From positions 3,122 to 67,121 of the forward strand of contig JBDSDN010000015.1 in the NCBI GenBank assembly GCA_039920545.1: 64,000 bases of DNA, given 5' to 3'. The DNA comes from Ferruginibacter sp. (GTDB lineage: Bacteria > Bacteroidota > Bacteroidia > Chitinophagales > Chitinophagaceae). The notes beneath the pieces are model-generated. The model was not told the DNA's origin and searched no databases. It was given only the letters and a program-made list of their open reading frames with translations. Positions 51,526-61,065 of the stretch are shown here, piece after piece. Both the position numbers and the translations under genes were made by a program. The first letter of the stretch is position 1. Each line of letters starts with the position of its first letter.

Positions 51526-53472
51526 TTATTTTTGAGTTTCTTTTTTATCGCTAAGTTTCATGGCATCATTTAAAAGTTGCTGCAGAAATATATCCTTCTT
51601 TAAATCAACTTTCTCCAAAGCTTTTATGCAAGCAGGATACTCACCTAGATTAAAATAATTTATAGCAAGATTTTTTTGAACAAGGTCAAAATCCGGAGCT
51701 AGTTTCAGGGCTTTTTCGTAACATTCAACTGCTTTTTTATAATCTTTCATTTCCGTGTAAATAGTTCCCTTATTGTTATAAACCATCGGACTGTTAGGGT
51801 TAATAGACATCGCAATATTTACCTGCTCTAATGCATGCTTATAATCTTTCAACTCTTTATATGCCACCGCATTCTTAACTTCCAAAGACAATCCGACCTG
51901 ATCACAATTTACCCAAAGGCTTTTGCCTTTTTCTGATTCTTCCAATAGTTCCTGGTAACTCCCCTCCCTTTCCAGTTCTTTAGCATGACCAAGGTATTTT
52001 TCAAAATTATACTTGGCAAAACCGATAGTTGTATTTAATAAAGCGATTATAATAAATAAGCTTTTTAATACTTTACTTAACTGGCCTTCTTTATTTAATG
52101 ACGATTTAGTAAATAAATAAGTTCCTAAAATAATCCCTGCCATAAGAATTATATAAAGCGAATGTTCTATTCGCTCTGTGGGGAAACTAAACATGCTGTC
52201 GGTAGCGAAGCCTCCTAATCCTGCAACCATTAAAATAATAAGGATGCGCTGATCTTCAGATGCTGGCCTGATAACTAGCTTTATCCCTGCAACCATAATT
52301 AACGCCCACATACTGGCATATAAAATTAAGCCTGGGATGCCAGTTTCGGTGGCTGTTTGCAAAAAGACATTATGAACCCTGTCGGGTACAAAATATCCGG
52401 CGGCCCAAGCCAAACCAGCGGTACCATAGCTTGCAATATTTAATTTCCAGTTGGCTGGGCCTATACCAAATACCGGTTTATCTTTTAACATCAGGAGCGT
52501 TTTGCGCCAGATAGAAAGGCGTTCATTAATGTTGGCCCCACTTTCAGAGTTTGCCGAAGTACTATTTACAAAACTTGCTGTTCTTTCCTTTAACTCTTTG
52601 TTCAACTCACCATCAGTTTTTAGCATCAAAAATCCTATAAGTAAAATACCCAAGGCACCGATACCTGTAGCAATAATCCATTTTTTTCTATTGGTAGCTG
52701 AATAAATTGAAACCAGTATCAAAGCAATTAACAGAATTACTAACGTAGAAAGCCAGGCAGACCTCGTTTGTGAAATAATCAAAGAAATTACAAGTATGAA
52801 ACCGGCAAACGCAGAGGCATATTTCCAGGCACCAGAGGATTTATAAAAAACATACAAAACAAATGGTACCACAAGCATTTGCGCCGACCCGAACAGGTTA
52901 CGGTTGGTCATTAACCCGAAGGGCTTTGCATTTGCGCCGGGAAGATCAGTAAAGGCTAAATCATAATACTGCAGTATGCCAATTATACCCTGCACTAAAG
53001 CAATTAACACGAATGCTTTACTTAGCTTTAGTATGGAAGTGTCTTTAGAAGTAATCATTTCAGTTATTAAAAATAACAAGACAATATTTAGTAACCCCCG
53101 GGCAACTTCGTAATACCCCGCCACCATGTTCAGTGATAAAAACATACTAATTAAACTCCAGCCAACATACCCAATAGCCAGCATGAAAGTATATTTTATT
53201 AAAGGTGGATAAGGAAGAATGACCGGTGTTTTTTTTAACCAGTAAAAGAAAATAACAAAGATTGCAATAAAAACACTAAGTAAAATATACCGGGTCGAAA
53301 TAGCAGGGTCCAGTGTTTGCCGGGAGAAAATTACAGGTAAAACAAGGAGTAAAAAAATAAACCAATCTTCTCTTCCTCTTCCGGGAGTTAGTGAGTTTAT
53401 TATATTTTTTTCATTTAATTTCTGGGATGAAGAATGCTGTACTGTCCTGTTAACAAACTTTTTTTTTGACAT
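51526..53472 (-). CDS. O-antigen ligase (Wzy_C) family membrane protein with C-terminal TPR repeats
   Basis: About 12 TM segments; N.N motif, SQTRSAW, ER..IW, P.FGIG..N and HNVFLQ...ETGIPG; TPR-like YNNKG..Y....DY..A...YEKAL. Start moved to MSKKKF at 53472. Confidence 0.85.
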   Translation of the reverse strand: MSKKKFVNRTVQHSSSQKLNEKNIINSLTPGRGREDWFIFLLLVLPVIFSRQTLDPAISTRYILLSVFIAIFVIFFYWLKKTPVILPYPPLIKYTFMLAIGYVGWSLISMFLSLNMVAGYYEVARGLLNIVLLFLITEMITSKDTSILKLSKAFVLIALVQGIIGILQYYDLAFTDLPGANAKPFGLMTNRNLFGSAQMLVVPFVLYVFYKSSGAWKYASAFAGFILVISLIISQTRSAWLSTLVILLIALILVSIYSATNRKKWIIATGIGALGILLIGFLMLKTDGELNKELKERTASFVNSTSANSESGANINERLSIWRKTLLMLKDKPVFGIGPANWKLNIASYGTAGLAWAAGYFVPDRVHNVFLQTATETGIPGLILYASMWALIMVAGIKLVIRPASEDQRILIILMVAGLGGFATDSMFSFPTERIEHSLYIILMAGIILGTYLFTKSSLNKEGQLSKVLKSLFIIIALLNTTIGFAKYNFEKYLGHAKELEREGSYQELLEESEKGKSLWVNCDQVGLSLEVKNAVAYKELKDYKHALEQVNIAMSINPNSPMVYNNKGTIYTEMKDYKKAVECYEKALKLAPDFDLVQKNLAINYFNLGEYPACIKALEKVDLKKDIFLQQLLNDAMKLSDKKETQK

Positions 53473-53860
53473 GAGAGACGATTTGGTAAAACATAGATAT
53501 AAATAATATTCAGCAATAGCAACATAATAGTCAAAATTGACGGGGTTTCTTTTAAACCGCAATTGTTATGATCTAAGAAAATTTTACCAAACCGATATTG
53601 GCTGGCCCCCCGTACTTTCTTTTAAGATCAATATAAGGCCCTTATGAATAAGGGGTAATGTTATACCCAGTCAACATAACCCTCATGCATACTCACTAAA
53701 ATATTTTACTGTACATTTGCAGCAGTTCATTTATTTAGCGGCATTACAAGCCTGTTTATTGTAGACTTACTAACTCCCCAATAATATGCCCACAAGGGTA
53801 CCTCGTTTTTGATGATGAAGCAAAACACTTCATTCCCGCACTCATTTTAAAAATCATAAA

Positions 53861-55138
53861 TTGTTATTTACTGACTTAAATATCATTAAGCCCATTTTAG
53901 ATGCGCTTAATGACGAAGGTTACACAAAACCTACCCCCATTCAGCAACAAGCTATACCGCATATTGCACAAAGAAAGGATTTGCTGGGCTGTGCACAAAC
54001 GGGCACCGGTAAAACCGCCGCCTTCGCCATACCAATGCTGCAATTGCTTGCCAAACCTACCAGTATGGAAAGCCGTGGCCAGCGCCCCATTAGGGCACTG
54101 ATTCTCACGCCAACGAGAGAACTAGCCATACAAATACAAGAAAGCTTTAATGCTTATGGTAAAAATCTTCGCCTGAAAAATCTCGTTGTTTTTGGCGGCG
54201 TAAACCAGGGCCCACAGGTAGAAGCGCTTAAAAAAGGCGTGGACATTCTTGTAGCAACCCCCGGCCGGTTATTAGACCTGATAAGCCAGGGATATATTCA
54301 TTTAAAAGATGTAGAAATATTTGTATTAGATGAAGCAGACCGTATGCTTGATATGGGTTTTGTGCATGATGTAAAACGCATCATCACTAAAATTCCGGTA
54401 AAAAGGCAAACCTTATTTTTCTCTGCTACTATGCCTGCAGAAATACAATCATTGGCAAACAGTATTCTAAATAATCCTGTAAAGGTAGAAGTTGCCGTAG
54501 TTTCCTCAACGGCTGATACCATTGAACAATCTTTGTATTATGTAGAAAAAGAAAATAAAAAATCGTTATTGGCATTTATACTTGCAGATAAAACTATTGA
54601 AACGGCCCTGGTATTTACCCGTACTAAACATGGTGCGGATAAAGTAGTAAAAGACCTGGTCCGTCTTGGCATAAGGGCAGAAGCCATACACGGCAACAAA
54701 TCTCAAAACGCCCGGCAAAGAGCTTTAAGCAATTTTAAAAACAGGGAAACGAGAATTTTGGTAGCCACAGATATTGCCGCCCGTGGTATTGATGTGGATG
54801 AGCTTACTCATGTAATTAATTATGAGCTACCCAATGTTCCTGAAACTTATGTTCACCGTATTGGCCGTACAGGCCGGGCGGGGTTAAGCGGAACTTCCTT
54901 TTCCTTTTGTGATGCAGAAGAAACTGCAGAGTTGCGGGACATACATAAACTTATTGGCAAACAAATACCGGTAGAACAAAACCATCCTTACCACACAACT
55001 TTTACGGGTTTTACAAAAAGACCCGCACCGCAGCAAAGGCCGCAAAGAAGTTTTAACCAGAGAAATGCCGGCGGTAGTCAGCCACAAAGAAGATTTGGAA
55101 CAGAAAAGCCAAGAAACTTTGGCAATAGGGCACATTAA
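53861..55138 (+). CDS. DEAD-box RNA helicase (RhlE-like)
   Basis: [31 protein letters not shown] and [10 protein letters not shown] motifs; TTG start. Confidence 0.95.
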   Translation: MLFTDLNIIKPILDALNDEGYTKPTPIQQQAIPHIAQRKDLLGCAQTGTGKTAAFAIPMLQLLAKPTSMESRGQRPIRALILTPTRELAIQIQESFNAYGKNLRLKNLVVFGGVNQGPQVEALKKGVDILVATPGRLLDLISQGYIHLKDVEIFVLDEADRMLDMGFVHDVKRIITKIPVKRQTLFFSATMPAEIQSLANSILNNPVKVEVAVVSSTADTIEQSLYYVEKENKKSLLAFILADKTIETALVFTRTKHGADKVVKDLVRLGIRAEAIHGNKSQNARQRALSNFKNRETRILVATDIAARGIDVDELTHVINYELPNVPETYVHRIGRTGRAGLSGTSFSFCDAEETAELRDIHKLIGKQIPVEQNHPYHTTFTGFTKRPAPQQRPQRSFNQRNAGGSQPQRRFGTEKPRNFGNRAH

Positions 55139-55160
55139 TATAAACAAAGTATAACTTTTG

Positions 55161-55195
55161 ATGCAGTGTAATGACAGAATAACACTGCATTTTTT
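55161..55195 (+). terminator. Intrinsic terminator after the DEAD-box helicase
   Basis: ATGCAGTGT..ACACTGCAT followed by TTTTT. Confidence 0.72.
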
Positions 55196-55233
55196 ATTTG
55201 CATAATTTTTGTAACTTTTGATAATAAAAATTT

Positions 55234-55602
55234 ATGAAAATGGAACTGAATAAATTAACTTCCGAAGAAGAAAATGTAATCCTGCACAAAGGCACAGAAA
55301 GACCTTTTACCGGCGAATACAACAATAATAAACAAACGGGCACCTATGTTTGCAGACAATGCAATACACCCTTATACCGATCAGAAGATAAATTTGACAG
55401 CCGGTGTGGCTGGCCAAGTTTTGATGATGAAATCGCTGGTGCGGTAAAACACTTACCGGATGCCGACGGGAGCAGAATAGAAATTGTTTGTGCTAATTGC
55501 GATGCACATTTGGGCCATGTATTTAAAGGGGAGCGTTTTACTGAAAAAGACACTAGGCATTGTGTTAATTCTATCTCCATGAAGTTTATCCCAACCGAAT
55601 AA
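55234..55602 (+). CDS. msrB: Peptide-methionine (R)-S-oxide reductase
   Basis: GTERPF, CRQC, GWPSF, CANC, HLGHVF and RHCVNS motifs. Confidence 0.95.
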   Translation: MKMELNKLTSEEENVILHKGTERPFTGEYNNNKQTGTYVCRQCNTPLYRSEDKFDSRCGWPSFDDEIAGAVKHLPDADGSRIEIVCANCDAHLGHVFKGERFTEKDTRHCVNSISMKFIPTE

Positions 55603-55643
55603 TATAAACACAGAGGGCACAGGTCCGTTTGTGTTGCATAATG

Positions 55644-55675
55644 AAAAGAGGCTTCAAAAATTAAAGCCTCTTTTT
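55644..55675. terminator. Bidirectional intrinsic terminator between convergent genes
   Basis: AAAAGAGGCTT-N9-AAGCCTCTTTT. Confidence 0.78.
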
Positions 55676-55714
55676 ATATGCACTACCCTCTCCACTAGGG
55701 ATGGGGTTGGGCTT

Positions 55715-56263
55715 TTACATTACCATAAATTCAACTTTTTTATTACCCCACCAAAGAGAGACCACACCTCCGTCGCTTATCGTAAAAGTCATTTTTTCTG
55801 TGGAGGAACCAACCTCTGTGGCCTTTGCTTTTACCCGTAACTGATCAGCTGTTTCCTGATATTTATATGCCCCCCATTGGTTGGCCGTTTTATTAAATAT
55901 CAGGGTTACATCAGCGCCATTAAAAATGGTAAAAAAAGCATATTTACCTGCTGGCAAACTGGCACCATTTACGGTTACGGTCTTATCGGTTTCAAAAACA
56001 GTAGCTTCATTTGCACCAGTACGCCATACCTGGCCCTCCATTGGCTCCAGATCTTTTCCAATTGCTCTGCCTTTAACCGAAGGCTGGCTATAATCTATGC
56101 TTATAGTAGCACCACTTTTAATTTTCTCGGTAACTCTTGCGGGAGGGCTTGGTCTTTTGCTTTTATCTTCCGGAGGCTTTGCATCCATTTTTTCCTGGGC
56201 AACAGCATGTACCCCGCTAAATAACGTTACAGCAAAAAATACGGAGCTAATTAATTTTTTCAT
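55715..56263 (-). CDS. DUF2911 family secreted protein
   Basis: Signal peptide; RPSPP, IDYSQP..KGR, VWRTGANEAT, LPAGKY and QWGAY motifs. Start moved to MKKLISS at 56263. Confidence 0.87.
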   Translation of the reverse strand: MKKLISSVFFAVTLFSGVHAVAQEKMDAKPPEDKSKRPSPPARVTEKIKSGATISIDYSQPSVKGRAIGKDLEPMEGQVWRTGANEATVFETDKTVTVNGASLPAGKYAFFTIFNGADVTLIFNKTANQWGAYKYQETADQLRVKAKATEVGSSTEKMTFTISDGGVVSLWWGNKKVEFMVM

Positions 56264-56405
56264 ATTTATAGGTTTATTTGTTTTTAAATACAGTCTTTCT
56301 ATAAAAATAGTTTTTATCACAGCAATTTATTTACCATTTATCATTTTTTGTTTTTTAAAATTTATATAGTACAATTTTTTATATTTACGCCATTAAAAAA
56401 ACGAT

Positions 56406-56522
56406 ATGAATAAATTAGTAAGAGGATTAATAGCAGGTTATGGTGCAAAAAAACTCGGCGGTGGTTGTTTAAGCACGGTCGTTATTTTCTTTGTGATATG
56501 GTATGCATTGGAAAGGTGTTAA
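56406..56522 (+). CDS. 38-aa small membrane protein (below the ORF-track length cutoff)
   Basis: MNKLVRGLIAGYGAKKLGGGCLSTVVIFFVIWYALERC*; A-rich initiation context; fills an otherwise empty gap. Confidence 0.7.
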   Translation: MNKLVRGLIAGYGAKKLGGGCLSTVVIFFVIWYALERC

Positions 56523-56622
56523 GGTAAACAATAAAATCAGGCATTATTGCCGAAAAAGGCATAAAATAAACGAAGGTTGTATATTAATTTCTAGTGGCAA
56601 TTTTACTTACTGCCACACTTGC

Positions 56623-58743
56623 TTACCTGGTAGAACTTTTAGCTCCGGCAAAAATACTTTTCCATACCAGGTTGAAGAAAGATTTTGTTAATGACCTATC
56701 AAAAACCATGTTGCCTTTTCTGGGAGAGTCTCCGGAAGGGTTTTTATCCTTAATTAGGATATTTGCCACGAAGCTTGTTACCCCTTTTTTCGTCAGCCTG
56801 TTGCTATCCCCGGTATTTTTAAGCAATTTTATTTTAAGGCCATCATAAATCATTGTAGCATTTCCCTGGGCCTTCAAATCATTACCTGCAAGACTGAAAT
56901 CGTAACTGCGGATGTTTCCGCTTTTAATAGACCCCATACCCAGCGGTTCAATTACCGGGTTAAGTTTTACACCGTCAAAAGCCCCAACATTTCCGTTGAT
57001 ACTGAAAGTGCCATTGGTTGAATTTAAAGGCATTTTCCATTCAGAGGAAATATCGGCCATATTCAGGAATTTACATTTGACCGTCATTGTCATTATTGCA
57101 TTTATCTTTTTGTGGCTGTCAATATTTGTTAGATTAGTTATAGTAGCATCAATATTATTAAAGATAACGTCTCCTGTTTTTTTAGAGATAGCCCCTCTTT
57201 CTTTATAAAGCACATAACCATTTTTAGCAGTTACCTTTTTTATATAGATACCCGTTTTTAATTTCTGAAGAATCTGTTGTGGATATTGTCCGACTTTATT
57301 TACTGTATCAGGTGAAACAGTTCTGTCATTAAAAATGCGGAGTATCGGTTGAAAGGTCACACCATCTGCTATTATCATCTTATCGGTTATTAGTTTTCTT
57401 ACATCTGCACCGGATATAATTATGTTATTGAATCGCAGATCGTATAAATCTTTTTGAAACCTGAGCGAACGCACAAATTCGTCTTGGGAAACGGTAGGTA
57501 CAACACTTGCATATTTTTCTGTAATTAAAGAGCGGGTGTTATCCAATAAAAAAGGCCCAAGCGAAATTTTATAAATTTTATCTTCTGTATAAAAAGAAAA
57601 GCCATCTGCAGCCAGGTTCCAGTTACTGTTACCAACGAGGCGCAGCAGGTTAGTGCCTGAATAAATACTATCGATATCAGAGGCATTGAACCGGAAGTTT
57701 TTTAAAATAAGCGGAGCTGCTTTTTTATCTCCCTTTTCAAAAATGGAAATATCGGTGCTGCCCAGCCGGATATTTTTTACCAGCGCTTCATCAAAAAAAG
57801 AATTATCTAATTCTACAGCCTCCTTTTTATTTGCGGATTTTTTACTCTTGTTTAACCCAAGCATACCACCACCTATAGTTAAGGAGTCTGCTTTTAAAAG
57901 CCTGTTTAATATAAAAGCGTTAGTTGAAATGCCTGAAGCCCGTGTGTTCCGTAAATCGATCAGCAACTTGTTTTCGGTAATGTTATTTTGTGTAAACCTG
58001 TTGACATTTATAAATTTGCCAGGAGCATTATATTCTACCTTTTCAAATGTTAAAAGCCGATTGTCTCTTTCATTTTTCACATTTACTTTTTCCACGGTTG
58101 CAATTATATCTTTAATAAAATAGCTGATGATATTATCATAGTTCCTGGTACTGTCAATTTTTAAATTTTTAAGGTTTATATTAACGCCTTGTAATGTGGT
58201 ATGAGGGCTTTTCTTTCCTTTAGCAAATGCTACGGTGCCGTCAATAATTTTTATCTGCCCGGCCTGAATACTTTTAAACCTCCCTGTTATTTTTTCGTAT
58301 AAAGCAAGGGTATCTGCGGCAGTAAATTTTTGAGGCTGGTCTTTACCGGTACTTATAATTGTAACTATGGGTCGCATGAGTTCGATCACATTAGCTTCAA
58401 TAGTATTTTTTTGTAGTAAAGATGGAAGGTTAGCGCCGAGAATTGTAATCTGTTTAATGTGAACATTGAAAATGGTACCGGGAATTGCGGATGTGTCATC
58501 AGTGTATAATTCTTTTTGTAGAGAGTCTGATTGCAGCACCACATTATAAAAGGTAGCATTCCCCGCTACCGCATCTATTCGGCTGCTGTCATAATGAATA
58601 TAATAGGTACTGTCAGTACCTTTAGCCACCGCATTTTCAATTTGATTACGGACTATTCTTTTTTTATTAAACTGCCACCAAACCAAGCCTATTGTTATTA
58701 CAACAGCAATTGTTATTATAATGATGTTCAGCGGTTTTTTCAA
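56623..58743 (-). CDS. AsmA/DUF748-like periplasmic beta-rich protein with N-terminal membrane anchor
   Basis: Single N-terminal TM, long beta-propensity body, C-terminal KSFFNLVWKSIF.G.K motif; TTG start. Confidence 0.65.
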   Translation of the reverse strand: MKKPLNIIIITIAVVITIGLVWWQFNKKRIVRNQIENAVAKGTDSTYYIHYDSSRIDAVAGNATFYNVVLQSDSLQKELYTDDTSAIPGTIFNVHIKQITILGANLPSLLQKNTIEANVIELMRPIVTIISTGKDQPQKFTAADTLALYEKITGRFKSIQAGQIKIIDGTVAFAKGKKSPHTTLQGVNINLKNLKIDSTRNYDNIISYFIKDIIATVEKVNVKNERDNRLLTFEKVEYNAPGKFINVNRFTQNNITENKLLIDLRNTRASGISTNAFILNRLLKADSLTIGGGMLGLNKSKKSANKKEAVELDNSFFDEALVKNIRLGSTDISIFEKGDKKAAPLILKNFRFNASDIDSIYSGTNLLRLVGNSNWNLAADGFSFYTEDKIYKISLGPFLLDNTRSLITEKYASVVPTVSQDEFVRSLRFQKDLYDLRFNNIIISGADVRKLITDKMIIADGVTFQPILRIFNDRTVSPDTVNKVGQYPQQILQKLKTGIYIKKVTAKNGYVLYKERGAISKKTGDVIFNNIDATITNLTNIDSHKKINAIMTMTVKCKFLNMADISSEWKMPLNSTNGTFSINGNVGAFDGVKLNPVIEPLGMGSIKSGNIRSYDFSLAGNDLKAQGNATMIYDGLKIKLLKNTGDSNRLTKKGVTSFVANILIKDKNPSGDSPRKGNMVFDRSLTKSFFNLVWKSIFAGAKSSTR

Positions 58744-58767
58744 AATATATTTTTTTAAAAATAAGAA

Positions 58768-61065
58768 CTAGAATGGCAGCCCGATGGCGATATTTAGAAT
58801 AATATTTTCACGTCTCCAGGCTTTGCTGCCAAAGTCTATCTGATTTAAAACCCACCTTTGTCCGTCAGGTAAAAAGGGTTTACGAAGTGGTATCCCAACA
58901 TCGAAACGAATTAAAAGAACGGTTGCATCAAAACGGAGACCTAAACCGGATGCTACAGCCAACTCCTTGTAAAAATCTTTAGTTAGTTTTCCCCTTGGCC
59001 CAAACAGCAAGGTATCTTTGGTCCATATATTTCCTACATCTGTAAATATGGCACCACTGAGTTGTTTTGTAAAAGGTATGCGAAGTTCAGTATTGGCCAG
59101 CAACTTAAAGTCTCCCCCGATTATCTGGAAAAAATTTTGATCTTCAGCTGTTGGTTTATAAGTGCCGGGGCCTAAGGTAAGGGACCGGAAACCTCTTATA
59201 GAACTGGCCCCACCTATAGTGTATAATTTAGTAAAAGGCAATAGCCTGGAATTATTATAAGGAAGGCCAATACCGAAAGTGATTCGGTTAGCCCAATCAT
59301 AATCTTTTGGTAATTTACGGGTATAATGCAGATCAAAATCAAACTTTGCAAATTGTGCAAACGGGGTTCCAAAAATTGTTTTTTCCCTGAATTTTTTTGC
59401 ACCGGTAATTAGGCCTGCTAAATTTCCTGAGAGATCAATGCTGGAATTAAAATACCATTTATTTCTTGTAGCTCTAAAAGCGGAATTGTAAGTATAAGAA
59501 AAAAACGATCCTAATACCGCCTCGGAATAAACATTTAATAATAAAGATGGGTCTTTAATAGTTTGCCGTTTAAAACTGTCAGTTATGTTTGTAGCTTTAA
59601 GATAGCTCAACGCTAATGGTGCCAGGGTAAATTGATTTTGAATATTGGTTTTCCAGGTAAATTCATATTGCAATCTGAAAAGATTTTTTGTATAAAATAA
59701 ATCTCTCCTGAAATACTCATACCCTAACAAGACATTTGTATTTGGCGGATAAAAATAATTCTCTTTTATATTGAAAAACGGAATTACATACCTGGGCATT
59801 TTTAAGGTTGCCTCACTCCCAAAACGGTAATTATTATTTTTTACAGAATCAGATCTCGTGGTTTCAAACCCGCCATATACTTTTATCCCTAATTGCTCTG
59901 CCCCACGAAAAGCGTTCCTGTTTTTCCAGTTTATACTTACCTGCGAGCCGGTATAACTGTTTTCTTTTTTAAAGGCGTCAATTTCTGCCTGTAACGTTTT
60001 TTTGCGGGCGGGAGTTAAATAATAATACACATTCATTAAATGGGAAGTATCAATAAGACTGGTATCTTTTATCGGTTCAAACCTGTTTTTTACAAATTTA
60101 AATGCCCCCAAATTTATAAACCTGTTAAGAGTTGTATTTTGAGACCGGCTGTTGTAGATAGTTCCGGGGCGGTAAGTGATGGTATGGGCAAATAAGCGGG
60201 ACCGGAATTTTTTTAATGAATCTTTTATTAATAACCCGTCATAGTTTTCCAGCCCAATTCTACTGGTATCTAATTTTGGGGAGGCTAAAGTGTAATTTGG
60301 AAAAACAATTATTTTATTAATCGTGTACTGTGATTTAGCTTCAGAGGGAGTAGTCTTTTTAAGATTTAATAACAGGTCTACTTTTCTGTTGCCGACCGTA
60401 CTATCCACATATGCCATTAAGTAATCAGGATTAAAAAAATAATATCCTTTGGTTTTTAAAAAAAGATCAAGCCGGTCTCTTTCCGCAGTAATATCGCTTA
60501 GACGATAGGGATTGCCAGGCTTTAAAAGTCCTCTTCTTTTTGAATTGGTTTCTAAGGCTTTCATAATAGCTGAACTGTCACTTACCCATTCTATATTTCT
60601 GATTTTGTATTGCGGCTGCACCTGGGCGGTATATATGGCTTTTAGAAAGTAGCCGGAATGAGCAGTATCGCCCTGGACGGTTGTGTGAAAGTAACCCAGG
60701 TTTTGCATGAGAGATTCCATATTAACTGCAGTTGTTTTTGCATTTATACGACTGCTTAAAACAGGGGGCTCTGCAATTTTATTTCTTAAATAACCCCTGA
60801 AACTTTTCTTGCTTTCAGGATTACCTATTACATACCAAAGCCATACTTTATAAGGCTGGCCTAAAAAAAATTTATTTGGCCGGGGCCTGGCGGCAAGTTT
60901 CAACATATCTTTTAATTGACCAGTAGTATTTTTTGTTTCCACATTTTTCGTTACATGAAAAACAGGACCTCTATATAATTTTTCGCCGGCCGGCAAAAAC
61001 CTTCTTACACTGCAGGAGGAGACTGACAGTACAAAAAGAATATAAAAAAAGAGTTGTTTTTTCAT
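58768..61065 (-). CDS. Omp85-family TamL/TamA lipoprotein (POTRA domains + beta-barrel)
   Basis: Lipobox SVSSC; GG.SSIRGF, FTDVGNIW, G.GLRFD and terminal NIAIGLPF motifs. Confidence 0.88.
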   Translation of the reverse strand: MKKQLFFYILFVLSVSSCSVRRFLPAGEKLYRGPVFHVTKNVETKNTTGQLKDMLKLAARPRPNKFFLGQPYKVWLWYVIGNPESKKSFRGYLRNKIAEPPVLSSRINAKTTAVNMESLMQNLGYFHTTVQGDTAHSGYFLKAIYTAQVQPQYKIRNIEWVSDSSAIMKALETNSKRRGLLKPGNPYRLSDITAERDRLDLFLKTKGYYFFNPDYLMAYVDSTVGNRKVDLLLNLKKTTPSEAKSQYTINKIIVFPNYTLASPKLDTSRIGLENYDGLLIKDSLKKFRSRLFAHTITYRPGTIYNSRSQNTTLNRFINLGAFKFVKNRFEPIKDTSLIDTSHLMNVYYYLTPARKKTLQAEIDAFKKENSYTGSQVSINWKNRNAFRGAEQLGIKVYGGFETTRSDSVKNNNYRFGSEATLKMPRYVIPFFNIKENYFYPPNTNVLLGYEYFRRDLFYTKNLFRLQYEFTWKTNIQNQFTLAPLALSYLKATNITDSFKRQTIKDPSLLLNVYSEAVLGSFFSYTYNSAFRATRNKWYFNSSIDLSGNLAGLITGAKKFREKTIFGTPFAQFAKFDFDLHYTRKLPKDYDWANRITFGIGLPYNNSRLLPFTKLYTIGGASSIRGFRSLTLGPGTYKPTAEDQNFFQIIGGDFKLLANTELRIPFTKQLSGAIFTDVGNIWTKDTLLFGPRGKLTKDFYKELAVASGLGLRFDATVLLIRFDVGIPLRKPFLPDGQRWVLNQIDFGSKAWRRENIILNIAIGLPF

